Shown: in pieces, positions 16,220-24,199 of the stretch
How the letters are laid out: each line of letters begins with the position of its first letter
How positions within the stretch are numbered: the stretch's first letter is position 1
NCBI RefSeq assembly: GCF_000014785.1
Contig: NC_008340.1
Location: 1,320,001 to 1,352,000, forward strand
Length of the DNA: 32,000 nt
Direction of reading: 5' to 3'
From: Alkalilimnicola ehrlichii MLHE-1
GTDB taxonomy: Bacteria; Pseudomonadota; Gammaproteobacteria; Nitrococcales; Halorhodospiraceae
Position numbers and translations under genes: made by a program
The notes under the pieces: model-generated
What the model saw: the letters and a program-made list of their open reading frames with translations, nothing else
What the model was told of the DNA's origin: nothing
The model's database searches: none

Positions 16220-17611
16220 TCAGTTCAGCGGGGTAATGTGTCGGGAGAGGGTTCTTACCGCACGCTCATACCGTTCGCCGATCGCGCCGACGCGGCTGGT
16301 CGGTGAGGCTCCAGGCATAAAGTCATCCAGACGCTTGCGGTTTTCCGCATAAGCATCGGCCCTGGATTCGTCGGTAGGCTGTCCATCTCGGCCCATGCGC
16401 ACCACGGCCTTCTCGAACAATTTCTGCGCCGGGTTGGGCTGCTCGGCCGAGAACTCGCGCCGCGGCCCGTAAACGCCATTCTGGGCGCCAGAGACGATCC
16501 ATTGCAGGCAATTGAGGATGGCCCGTTGGTGGAATTCTCGTGCTTGTTCCGCGTTGTATTGGTCGCCTTCCACCTCGAACGCCTGCGGCCGACTGGTCAG
16601 GGTGTATAACAGCGGCCCCAGGGCCTCGGGCGGTAGCTGGCGCACCCAGGCGGCAATGGCGTCCCGTTGCGGGTCGTTGACGATGGTGTAGGCGATCCGG
16701 CTGGCCATGTCCCGGTCCCGGGTAAACCACTCGATCATCTGGCGCAGTCGGTGGGTGCCGCGCAGCAGGAGCAGGGCGGGTTCGACCAGGGTGATGGCGG
16801 CGAGATAGGCCAGGCGGCTCATCTCCTCGAAGGCGTCTTCGTCGATCCAGTCGACGCGCTCGTAGCCGACCTCCACCAGCGCCTGGTGCATCATGGCGAG
16901 CCAGAGGTCGAGGTGGCGGGGGTCAAGCGCCAGGCGCACGCTGCCCCCGCCGCCGACGCCGAGCACCAGGCGCAGGGAGGCGTGCAGCACGAAGCGGCCG
17001 TTGTGCAGGCCGAGCCGGAAGGCGGCCTCGCCGCCGACGCCGACGCGCACCTCGGGGTTGATCTCGGCGGCGGTCAGGGTTTTCCACTGGCGGGCCTCGT
17101 CCCGGGCGTAGCCCGCGCGGTCGATCTCGGCCATGGCCTGGTAGCGCGGCAGGCGCGCGAGCAGGTTCGCCGGCGGCTGCCAGAGCAGACGGCAGTGGTT
17201 GTGGCCGGCCAGTCCGGTGCCGGCGAAGGCCTCCAGTCGGGCATCGACGCCGTCGCGCTCCACGGGGGCGAGGCCGTTGACGGCGAGACGGCCCCCGGCG
17301 GTGTCGAGCCCGACGCCGCCGCCCAGCGCCACGGAGACGGCGGCATGGCCGTGGAGCACGGGCTCGATGTGCAGGCAGTAGCGGCCGATGGAGCGGGCAT
17401 CGGGGTGATCGGCATCAAGGCCGAAGGGGACGATGACCGGCTCCGCCTTGGCGGGATCGGGCAGCTGGATGGGCGCGAGGGCGATCTCGCCACGGCCGAA
17501 GTCGAAGGCGTGCTGGCCGCGCAATCGCAACACGACCCGCGAGCCGTCCTGCCCGCGGGGCCACGGTGGCGGTGATGCCCAGCTCGTCGAGAGCGAGGCT
17601 GGGGGCCACAC
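16220..17611 (-). CDS. T6SS effector, C-terminal (toxin-domain) reading frame; it continues 17415..19508 after a frameshift
   Basis: The frame opens with a GTG at 17611. From GQHAFDFGRGEIALAPIQL onward it is collinear with the orphan module 13535..15151. The paralog shows the ancestral gene was one continuous frame. Confidence 0.7.
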   Translation of the reverse strand: MWPPASLSTSWASPPPWPRGQDGSRVVLRLRGQHAFDFGRGEIALAPIQLPDPAKAEPVIVPFGLDADHPDARSIGRYCLHIEPVLHGHAAVSVALGGGVGLDTAGGRLAVNGLAPVERDGVDARLEAFAGTGLAGHNHCRLLWQPPANLLARLPRYQAMAEIDRAGYARDEARQWKTLTAAEINPEVRVGVGGEAAFRLGLHNGRFVLHASLRLVLGVGGGGSVRLALDPRHLDLWLAMMHQALVEVGYERVDWIDEDAFEEMSRLAYLAAITLVEPALLLLRGTHRLRQMIEWFTRDRDMASRIAYTIVNDPQRDAIAAWVRQLPPEALGPLLYTLTSRPQAFEVEGDQYNAEQAREFHQRAILNCLQWIVSGAQNGVYGPRREFSAEQPNPAQKLFEKAVVRMGRDGQPTDESRADAYAENRKRLDDFMPGASPTSRVGAIGERYERAVRTLSRHITPLN

Positions 17612-19508
17612 TGACCGTCCGGCCGCCGGCGTTGCCCCCGGTGTCGATGCCGGCGGTGTCCTGGTAGCGGGCGGTCAGGCCGATGCGGGCACCGGTTCCG
17701 GAAGCGGCTGTCTCCGGTTCGGCCTGCGCCACGGGTCCGGGCCGGCGCAGCCACAGGGGTGCCTCCCCGGACAGCGCCCGGTCGCGCCGGTCGGGCTCGG
17801 CGTATGCGCCGGCCAGCAGGCGCAGGAGCTGCGCCGGGCCACTGGCATCGAACAGGCGCATGGGGTGGTTGAGCGGGTCGGCGAACAGGATCCGGCGCAG
17901 GCGCCGGCCCCACTCCTCCCGGGCGCTGTCGTCGGCAAGGCGGTCGATGACCAGGCCCTGGTGGTCGAGGTCGTGGAAGAAGCGTTCCGGCTCGAACAGC
18001 CCGAGCGGCTCGCTGTGCCAGTCGGGGTTCCAGTCGAGCCGCCGGCAGCCGCGTCGGGTGAGCCACCCGGTCAGTGCCGTGTCGGGCAGGGAGCGGGGCT
18101 CGGTGACCGTGCGGCTGTCGTGCGCGATGGCGGCATCGCGCTGGCGGGCGTAGTGGGGGCGGGTCTCGCCCAGCTGGTGCAGGCTCAGGTGATCGAGGGT
18201 GCGCTGCCGACCGGGGCCGCTGAACTCGCGCAGGGGGAAGTCGGCGCGCACCAGCCGGTGGATCGGGGGCGGGCGGTAGGGTTCGGGGTCGCGGATGTCG
18301 TCGGGGCCCAGGTCCCAGTGCAGGACGCGCCTCGGGCGCGTGCGGTCCACCCGGCGCCGGGCCGTGCGGTAGAGGCGGTCCATGCGCTCGCGCAGCCGGT
18401 CGAACCGCGCCTGCTCGTCGGTGAACAGGAAGATGGGCAGCGGGGTGGCCCGGCCCGTGCCCTGTTCCCACTCCCTGAGCCGCGTGTCCACGTCCTCGCG
18501 CAAGGCGTCGAGTTCGTCCAGGGTCGCGAAGTAGCGGGCCACGTAGTCCACGCCGTCGGCGAAGCCGGCGTCCGGGTCCTCAGCCAGCGCCAGCTCGGGG
18601 GTGGCCACGCCCAGCCCGGCCAGCTCGATGAGACTGTCGATGTAGTGGCGGTAGTCCTGCTCCAGTTGCGGGATGTAGTGCTCGATCACGGAGGCGATCT
18701 CGCAGCGTTCGACGGCCTCTGGTACCGGGTCCTGGTCGCAGAGCGCCACATGCCGGCGGTATTGCTCCAGGATCTTATGGAGCGGCCGCGTCGGTGGCAG
18801 GCCCTGACCCTGTTCCAGGTGGGACCGAGCACCCTGGAAAGCAAGCTCCCGCCGCCGGTGATAGCGCTGCAGCGCCTCGCGGATGCGCGCCTCGCTGTCG
18901 CCGTGGACCAGGGCGCTATCGACGACATAGCCGGCCTTCTCGGCCTTGTCCAGGCCGCGTTGATAAAGGGCCTGAAGTGCGTCGAGATGGTCGTTGCTCT
19001 CGTGGATGCGTGCCGGTTCCGGGCATTGGGTCGGTACGGCCGAAGGCATTGAATGATCGCCGGACCAGGATTGCGAGGTGCTCACGCTGGTGGTGCCCTG
19101 GAAAGGCACGCCGTCCACCACCCGTTGCAGCAGCGTGTCCGGGGCCTCGTCCTGAAGGGCGGCGAGCTGCTGGAGGGTCTGCGCGAACCGTTGGCGGTCC
19201 GCTTCCCCCAGGAAACTGACCGGATGCGCTGGCAGGAAGCTGTCCAGCACGCCCGCCTCCTCGGACAGCCGCCGGTTGCGCTCGTCGCGGTCGTCCACGG
19301 CGGCGATGTCGGCCAGCTTGTCGGCCGCGTGGTGCATCGCGGCGGCGGCTGTGGCGTTGAGCAGCCAGAACTCGCCGGAGCCGGTGAGATAGACGATGTC
19401 CGCCCACAGGAACGTTGCGCACAGGGGGCGCGGGTCTTCGTGGAAGAGGTCATCGTCGCGGCCGCGCGGTCCCGCGGGCCAGACCTGGGGGGCGATGGAG
19501 TCGGTCAT
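17415..19508 (-). CDS. T6SS cargo effector, N-terminal reading frame (697 codons); family unrecognised
   Basis: The ATG at 19508 overlaps the adaptor gene's stop as ATGA. Homology to the orphan module begins in this frame (AQAEPETAASGTGARIGLTARYQD...SLALDE) and then jumps to the other frame near 17544-17565. The last ~50 codons (RLAGRVAIARPARLRLRP...) look like out-of-frame noise. Confidence 0.7.
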   Translation of the reverse strand: MTDSIAPQVWPAGPRGRDDDLFHEDPRPLCATFLWADIVYLTGSGEFWLLNATAAAAMHHAADKLADIAAVDDRDERNRRLSEEAGVLDSFLPAHPVSFLGEADRQRFAQTLQQLAALQDEAPDTLLQRVVDGVPFQGTTSVSTSQSWSGDHSMPSAVPTQCPEPARIHESNDHLDALQALYQRGLDKAEKAGYVVDSALVHGDSEARIREALQRYHRRRELAFQGARSHLEQGQGLPPTRPLHKILEQYRRHVALCDQDPVPEAVERCEIASVIEHYIPQLEQDYRHYIDSLIELAGLGVATPELALAEDPDAGFADGVDYVARYFATLDELDALREDVDTRLREWEQGTGRATPLPIFLFTDEQARFDRLRERMDRLYRTARRRVDRTRPRRVLHWDLGPDDIRDPEPYRPPPIHRLVRADFPLREFSGPGRQRTLDHLSLHQLGETRPHYARQRDAAIAHDSRTVTEPRSLPDTALTGWLTRRGCRRLDWNPDWHSEPLGLFEPERFFHDLDHQGLVIDRLADDSAREEWGRRLRRILFADPLNHPMRLFDASGPAQLLRLLAGAYAEPDRRDRALSGEAPLWLRRPGPVAQAEPETAASGTGARIGLTARYQDTAGIDTGGNAGGRTVSVAPSLALDELGITATVAPRAGRLAGRVAIARPARLRLRPWRDRPRAHPAARSRQGGAGHRPLRP

Positions 19509-20296
19509 GTGCCGGCCTCCCTGCCCGCGGCACCCGGTTTGGAACGGGCTGTCTGATCCTTCGCGCCGCCGGGTTTCGCCAATCGGCGGCGCCACTCGTC
19601 GGGGAGGTGAATGCCCGCCTCACGAAGGGTTCGGAGCTGCTCAAGCATGTCGGGCGGGACGGCCTCCAGCGGAATTCCAAGGTCCTGCCCAAGCCACCAT
19701 GCCAGCGGGGCGTCGTCCAGCGCCCGGCACTGGTTGTGATCGAGAAACGGTGGGCTGGTCGGCCCGCGCGGCTCGGCCCCGACCCAGCAGCGCCAACCGG
19801 CGGTGGGCGTCGGTGTATAGACCGGTCCGAGTACCTGCAGCCACAGGTCAAAATGGGTGCGCGGCGCGCTGGCCAGGAGGGCGGTCCAGGCCTCCGGTTG
19901 CTGCACCTGTACCAGCGACTGCCCTCCGTCGGCGTCGTCCATCACGGCAAGCCGCTGCATCTGCTCGACGAAGGGCTCCAGGGCACCGCCGGGCGGCCGG
20001 CACATCCAGCCCAGCGCCAGCTCGCGGCAAAGCATTTCGGCCTGTTCGAACGCGGGGCTGCCCGGTGTGAGCCGCGCGGCCCAGGGCCCGTAAGCTGACA
20101 ATGAACGGAGTTCCGTCCCCGCGAACAGGGGAACGATGTCGGTAGCGCCATCAAGGGTGTAGAGGGCAAGGGCCTCTTCCGGGATGCGGTGGGGGTCGAT
20201 GATCAGCCCCACCCATTCCCCGTCGGCGCCATCGCCGGGGCCTTCGACGGTGTGGCTTCGCTCACCAATCCGGGTCAGCCACTCGTGCACGGGCAT
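19505..20296 (-). CDS. DUF4123-type T6SS effector adaptor/chaperone (Tap/Tec-like)
   Basis: 263-aa ORF directly after vgrG and directly before the large effector. The pattern GLIIDPHRIPEEALALY...IVPLFAGTELRSLSAYGPWAARL...GWMCRPPG resembles the DUF4123 N-terminal core. The call rests on position and motifs only. Confidence 0.65.
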   Translation of the reverse strand: MPVHEWLTRIGERSHTVEGPGDGADGEWVGLIIDPHRIPEEALALYTLDGATDIVPLFAGTELRSLSAYGPWAARLTPGSPAFEQAEMLCRELALGWMCRPPGGALEPFVEQMQRLAVMDDADGGQSLVQVQQPEAWTALLASAPRTHFDLWLQVLGPVYTPTPTAGWRCWVGAEPRGPTSPPFLDHNQCRALDDAPLAWWLGQDLGIPLEAVPPDMLEQLRTLREAGIHLPDEWRRRLAKPGGAKDQTARSKPGAAGREAGT

Positions 20297-22395
20297 TCCT
20301 CCCTGGAACAGTTACCGGACTCCGTGTCCTTGCCACACAATTGAATGCGGGCGGCCTCGCTGCGTGCATAGCGCTCGGGGTCCGGGCCAACGCCCTTTAC
20401 GACTCGTGGGGGCGGTTCGGCCGGCACGTGCCCCGGCCGTGCGGGCGTCTGGGCCCGCTGTGCACTCCCCGAGCCCGGGCTGCCTCCGGAGTTTATACGG
20501 ATGCCGGGGCCGCTGAGGGTGATGCCGGAGGGGTCGAGCTTGATGAAGCTGCCGCCGGCCCGGAGGGTGATCTCGGCACCGGCCTCCAGGATCAGCTTGA
20601 CCCCGGCGGCATGGTGGATCTCGTGCCCAGCCTCCACCAAAAGGCACTCGCCTTGGTATTGATGGAGCGTGCCCTCCACGCTGAGATGCTGATCCCCACC
20701 GGTGCGCTCGCGCCGCTCGCCCTGCACGGTGAGGTGCTCGTCGCCGTGGATCTCCGCGAGCCGGTCGCCGTGGACGCCCAGGTGGCTGTGCCGGCCGATG
20801 GTCTCGGAGCGGTCGTTGCGGGTGTGCAGGTCGAGATCGCGCTGGGCGTGCAGGTGGATGCGCTCGGCGTCGTGGGCGTCCTCGAAGTGCAGTTCGTTGT
20901 AGCCCTCGCCGCCGTGGCTGCGACTGCGCAGCACGCTGCGGGTCTTGTGCTCGGGCAGCGGATAGGGCGGGGTGTTGTGGCCATCGTAGACCCGGCCGGT
21001 GATCACCGGCTGGTCCGGGTCGCCGGCCATGAAGTCGACAATCACCGCATGGCCCACCCGGGGCAGGAACAGCCCGCCGTAGCCGGGCCCGGCCCAGGGC
21101 TGGGCGACGCGCAGCCAGGCGCTGGCGTGCTCGTCGTCGGCGGCGTAGCGGTCCCAGGGGAAACGGACCTTGACCCGGCCGTGCTCATCGCAATGGATCG
21201 CCTCCCCCTCGGGGCCCACCACCCGGGCGATCTGCGGGCCCTCCATCCGCGGGCCGGCGCCCGGGTCGTGGGGCGGGCGCCAGTCGGTGTCGGCGGGCAC
21301 GAGGGTGAGCCGGTTGTTCAGCCGGGCCACGCCTGCCTCGTCCTCGTCGGCCAGCAGGATCGCGTCCTCTTCCAGCGCGGCGGGCTGCCGGGCGGTATGA
21401 AGGGCGCCGACCACCTGCCAGTCGCGGCGCCGTTCGCCGGCGTCGTGGCCATCGAGGGTGAAGCGCACGCCGGGGCGCAGCTCGGCAATATCGCTTTCGG
21501 CCTCGGCGGTGTGGGCGTCGGCGCGCAACTGGCCGAGCCGGACCCGGGTGAAGGCCCGGCCGCTGGTCTCGCTCTTGAACCGGCCGGGGTGGTCGTAGTG
21601 CTCGTAGGGGGTGGCCCCCGACTCGGCGCCATCATGCCCGGCTGCCCCATCCACCGCCTGCGCGTGGATCAGCCGCCGCCGGGGGGTGCGGAAATGGCGA
21701 TCCTCCAGGGTGGCGCGCTGCGCGCGCACCCGGTGGGCCTCGCGCAGGGTGTGCACATGGCGGGCCTCGGCCACGCCGCCGGCGCGGGGGCGGTAGGCCC
21801 ATTCGCCCGCCTGCCCCAGCCCCCGGTGGGTATCGGTGAACACCGGGCGGTGGCCGCCCTCGGGGGTGTCGTCGAACTCGTGGAAGTAGACGATGCCCAA
21901 CTCGGCGGCAAGCCGCTGGACAAAGGCCAGGTCGCTCTCCCGGTACTGCACCAGGTACTCGCGGGGCTCGGGGCGGTGGCGGACGGCGAAGGCGGCGTCG
22001 GTGATGCCATGTTCCGAAAGCAGGGTGTGGAGGACATCCAGCGGGCAGGCGTGCTGGAAGATGCGGGCGTTGCGGCGCAGGGCAAGGCGCCAGAGGGCGG
22101 GGCGGACGACCAGTTGGTAGGCGGTGCGCCGGGCGCCGGTGCGGCCGCGCTGGAACTCGGTGACCACGCCGTGGACCCGGCGGGTGACGCGGCCGGCCTG
22201 ATGGATGGCCAGTGCCAGGCCCTGCTCAAGCCAGTCGTCGGGGGCGAGATCGGGCGAGGGGTGGACCAGGTCCAGGGTCAGCGTGAAGGGCCGGGAGAGG
22301 TGCTCATCCAGGGTGAACCCGGTGACCCGGGGCAGGTCGGCCTCTGCCGCGCCGGGGCGCGAGAGGGCGAGGTACAGTCCGTTGTCTATTGGCAT
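20275..22395 (-). CDS. vgrG: type VI secretion system spike protein VgrG
   Basis: gp27/gp5-like VgrG hallmarks: FTLDEHLSRPFTLTLDL, YLVQYRESDLAFVQRLAAELGIVYFHEF, PRMEGPQIARVVGPEGEAIHCDEHGRVKVRFPWDR, WLRVAQPWAGPGYGGLFLPRVGHAVIVDFMAGDPDQPVITGRVYD, plus beta-helix repeats. The ATG at 22395 with a GGAG SD is preferred over the track start at 22422. Confidence 0.9.
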   Translation of the reverse strand: MPIDNGLYLALSRPGAAEADLPRVTGFTLDEHLSRPFTLTLDLVHPSPDLAPDDWLEQGLALAIHQAGRVTRRVHGVVTEFQRGRTGARRTAYQLVVRPALWRLALRRNARIFQHACPLDVLHTLLSEHGITDAAFAVRHRPEPREYLVQYRESDLAFVQRLAAELGIVYFHEFDDTPEGGHRPVFTDTHRGLGQAGEWAYRPRAGGVAEARHVHTLREAHRVRAQRATLEDRHFRTPRRRLIHAQAVDGAAGHDGAESGATPYEHYDHPGRFKSETSGRAFTRVRLGQLRADAHTAEAESDIAELRPGVRFTLDGHDAGERRRDWQVVGALHTARQPAALEEDAILLADEDEAGVARLNNRLTLVPADTDWRPPHDPGAGPRMEGPQIARVVGPEGEAIHCDEHGRVKVRFPWDRYAADDEHASAWLRVAQPWAGPGYGGLFLPRVGHAVIVDFMAGDPDQPVITGRVYDGHNTPPYPLPEHKTRSVLRSRSHGGEGYNELHFEDAHDAERIHLHAQRDLDLHTRNDRSETIGRHSHLGVHGDRLAEIHGDEHLTVQGERRERTGGDQHLSVEGTLHQYQGECLLVEAGHEIHHAAGVKLILEAGAEITLRAGGSFIKLDPSGITLSGPGIRINSGGSPGSGSAQRAQTPARPGHVPAEPPPRVVKGVGPDPERYARSEAARIQLCGKDTESGNCSREECPCTSG

Positions 22396-22526
22396 GCCGG
22401 CTCCGTGGCAGTGCAAGTCCATTCAATCCTTGGCCGTTCCTATGCTAGGGCGAGCGGTTCGATGCCGTCAATCACTCGCGTGCGCCTGCGCTGGGGTGGG
22501 AGTGGGCGTCGGGGCCGCCCATCGGC

Positions 22527-23135
22527 TCAGATCAGCCACGTGGTGCCGAACCGGACCTCTGGTTTGGCACCCGGGATCAGGTCGATCAGCAGCCACCCCA
22601 GGACGAAGGTGATCAGCGCGGCGCAGATCAGGGTGGCCACGTAGTGGCCCAGCCGGTTACCCCGGCGGATCCCCAGCACGATGGCGAAGGCGGGCAGCAG
22701 GAGGATCAGGCTGTAGACGATGAGCGCCAGACCAATACCGTTGCCGTAGGGCCATGGGAAGGCGGCCGCAATATTGCCTACCCAGGCCGGGATCATCGCG
22801 TAACCGACCGCCTGCAAGGCCCGCTCGAAATCACTCCGGCCCTGGAATAATTCAGCAAGCCAATGGGCCGCCCCGGCTAGGCCCAGACAGGCAATGGTGA
22901 GGATGATGAAGCTGTAGATGCCGAAGCCGATCGGGTGCGGCACCCCTTCCGGCGGCAGACCGGTGGGGATGATCTGGTAAAGGGTCTGACTGGTGAAGAC
23001 ACTGAAGCCGATCCAGGGGAGGATCAACTGGAAGAGGGACCGTTGCCAGGACGGTGGCGGTGCCTCGCCCCCCCGGCGAAGGGTGCGCACGGGGTTCAGC
23101 AGCAGGCCGTAAAGCAGGGTTGAGAAGGGCTTCAT
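22527..23135 (-). CDS. Yip1/DUF1282-like polytopic membrane protein
   Basis: The track ORF 22527..23507 is over-extended. The ATG at 23135 gives 202 aa (MKPFSTLLYGLLLNPVRTL...) with about 5 hydrophobic helices. The family call is tentative. Confidence 0.6.
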   Translation of the reverse strand: MKPFSTLLYGLLLNPVRTLRRGGEAPPPSWQRSLFQLILPWIGFSVFTSQTLYQIIPTGLPPEGVPHPIGFGIYSFIILTIACLGLAGAAHWLAELFQGRSDFERALQAVGYAMIPAWVGNIAAAFPWPYGNGIGLALIVYSLILLLPAFAIVLGIRRGNRLGHYVATLICAALITFVLGWLLIDLIPGAKPEVRFGTTWLI

Positions 23136-23298
23136 CAAGACTCCGCTGGCGGTTCGGGGCCGCCGGCCCGGAGGGGCCCGGGCCGGCGACGCAGCGGATG
23201 GTAGGACAAAGAGATGACAGTTTCGTGACCGGGCCGGCTGGGGCGCCGGTCGGCCGGTGGACCATCCCGGCCCACCGGCCATGGTGGGTGGTGAGCCC

Positions 23299-23949
23299 TT
23301 AGTAGCCGCCTTGGCGCTGACCTTGGCCCTGGCCTCCACGCTGGCCGTCGTCCCGGCGCTGGCCCTCGCCGCGTTCCCCACGCCGGTCCTCACGGGTCTC
23401 CCCACGGCGCTCCTCACGGGAGTCGCGCATACGCTCCCCCATCTCGCGAGGCGCTTCGTCCAGCATCTGCCGTTGCTCGGCGTCCAGGGACTGGTACAGG
23501 CGCTCACCGGCCCGCCGCGCCTCGCGCATCCGTTCCGCGTGCTCCGCAGACCAGCGCTCCATCCGCTCGAGCCGCCCGGTGAAGTCGTCCTCCATCATCT
23601 CGCGCATGGCCCCGCGGCGCTGCTCATGGTCGTGGCGCGGGCCCATGTGCTGGTGAAATTCGTCCCACAAGGCCCGTTGCTCGTCGTCCAGGTTCAGGCG
23701 CTCGGCCATCCGCTCGCGGTGCGCCTCCATGCGCTCACCGTAGTCACCGCCGTGCTTGTGGCCCTTCATCATGCCGTGGCGCCCTTCGCCACGTTCCATC
23801 ATCATGCCACCGCGCTCGCCGCGCTGGCCCTCACCGCGCTGGGTCTCCTGGGCCAGGCTGTAGCCGGTTACGGCGGTCCCGGCGAGCAGCGTGGCCAGGG
23901 TGATACCGGTTAACATGCGGGTCATCGGTCGGGTCTGTTTGCGTGTCAT
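23299..23949 (-). CDS. Spy/CpxP-family (LTXXQ, heavy-metal-resistance-like) periplasmic protein
   Basis: ATG at 23949 with a GAGAGGA SD and a signal peptide (MTRKQTRPMTRMLTGITLATLLAGTAVTGYSLA). LTXXQ-like motifs are present (LNLDDEQRALW, LDAEQRQML). It is divergent from a two-component system, as cpxP is from cpxRA. Confidence 0.7.
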   Translation of the reverse strand: MTRKQTRPMTRMLTGITLATLLAGTAVTGYSLAQETQRGEGQRGERGGMMMERGEGRHGMMKGHKHGGDYGERMEAHRERMAERLNLDDEQRALWDEFHQHMGPRHDHEQRRGAMREMMEDDFTGRLERMERWSAEHAERMREARRAGERLYQSLDAEQRQMLDEAPREMGERMRDSREERRGETREDRRGERGEGQRRDDGQRGGQGQGQRQGGY

Positions 23950-24057
23950 GGCGTTGTCCTCTCGATCAGTGTGTCGTGGCTGGCAGGCGGTTTGTCCTGC
24001 CACGCCTTCATCACACCATAGGCAGGTAAGCGCCCTGTTTCCGCGGGGCCATGGTTT

Positions 24058-24072
24058 GTAACGGAACGTAAC
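24058..24072. promoter_or_regulatory. direct repeat GTAAC-N5-GTAAC, a candidate OmpR/CpxR-family response regulator box
   Basis: GTAACGGAACGTAAC in the divergent intergenic region, compared with the E. coli CpxR consensus GTAAA-N5-GTAAA. Confidence 0.4.
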
Positions 24073-24199
24073 CGGTGCCCGATGCGGCGTCACAAGCGCT
24101 TACACCCCGGCTTTCGCGAGGGTGGTATACAAGGGACAGTCCCCCCGTGGCGGCGTTCCCGGCGGGCGGGCAGCCGGCAACAAAGGAGCAGCGAATCGC

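Larger units (their letters stand above)
12461..17761. repeat. tandem duplication, two copies of about 2.65-2.69 kb (toxin C-terminal module plus Sel1 immunity gene)
   Basis: The offset is 2690 bp at the immunity-gene stops (12466 vs 15156) and 2646 bp in the toxin core (14042 vs 16688). Conservation is mosaic when read by eye, with near-identical blocks flanked by strongly diverged blocks. Confidence 0.85.

Noticed and set aside
14428-18471. Pro/Arg/Ala-rich minus-strand ORFs 14428..15210 and 17074..18471, plus similar alternate-frame ORFs
   Set aside because: They are out-of-frame overlaps of the effector reading frames. The extreme P/R/A composition is the expected +1 frame of GC-rich coding sequence.
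16220-19508. Known T6SS effector signatures in the large effector: Tle lipase GxSxG, PLD HxKxxxxD, a VasX-type N-terminal Cys motif, PAAR and Rhs/YD repeats
   Set aside because: I found none of them on reading the translation. The only near hits (LTGSGEF, LHKILEQ) do not fit the motif spacing. The effector is therefore left unassigned rather than called Tle5/PldB-like, even though its immunity proteins are Sel1-type.
22396-22430. A possible sigma-54 promoter (TGGACTTGCACTGC) just upstream of vgrG
   Set aside because: The GG-to-GC spacing is one nt shorter than the TGGCAC-N5-TTGC consensus. The element would also sit only about 10 nt from the start codon, overlapping the SD.
13730-22644. Long plus-strand ORFs 13730..15253, 16667..17575, 17433..19052 and 20341..22644
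   Set aside because: All are antisense to the vgrG/effector/orphan-module genes, which have coherent paralogy or family signatures. Their translations are repetitive and rich in G, A, V and Q.
23162-23280. Two GC-rich perfect hairpins downstream of the Spy/CpxP-like gene (GCCGGCCCGG..CCGGGCCGGC at 23162-23187; GGCCGGTGG..CCACCGGCC at 23252-23280), considered as possible intrinsic terminators
   Set aside because: Neither is followed by a T/U tract on the transcribed strand, and in DNA this GC-rich such stems arise easily. I did not report them as terminators.
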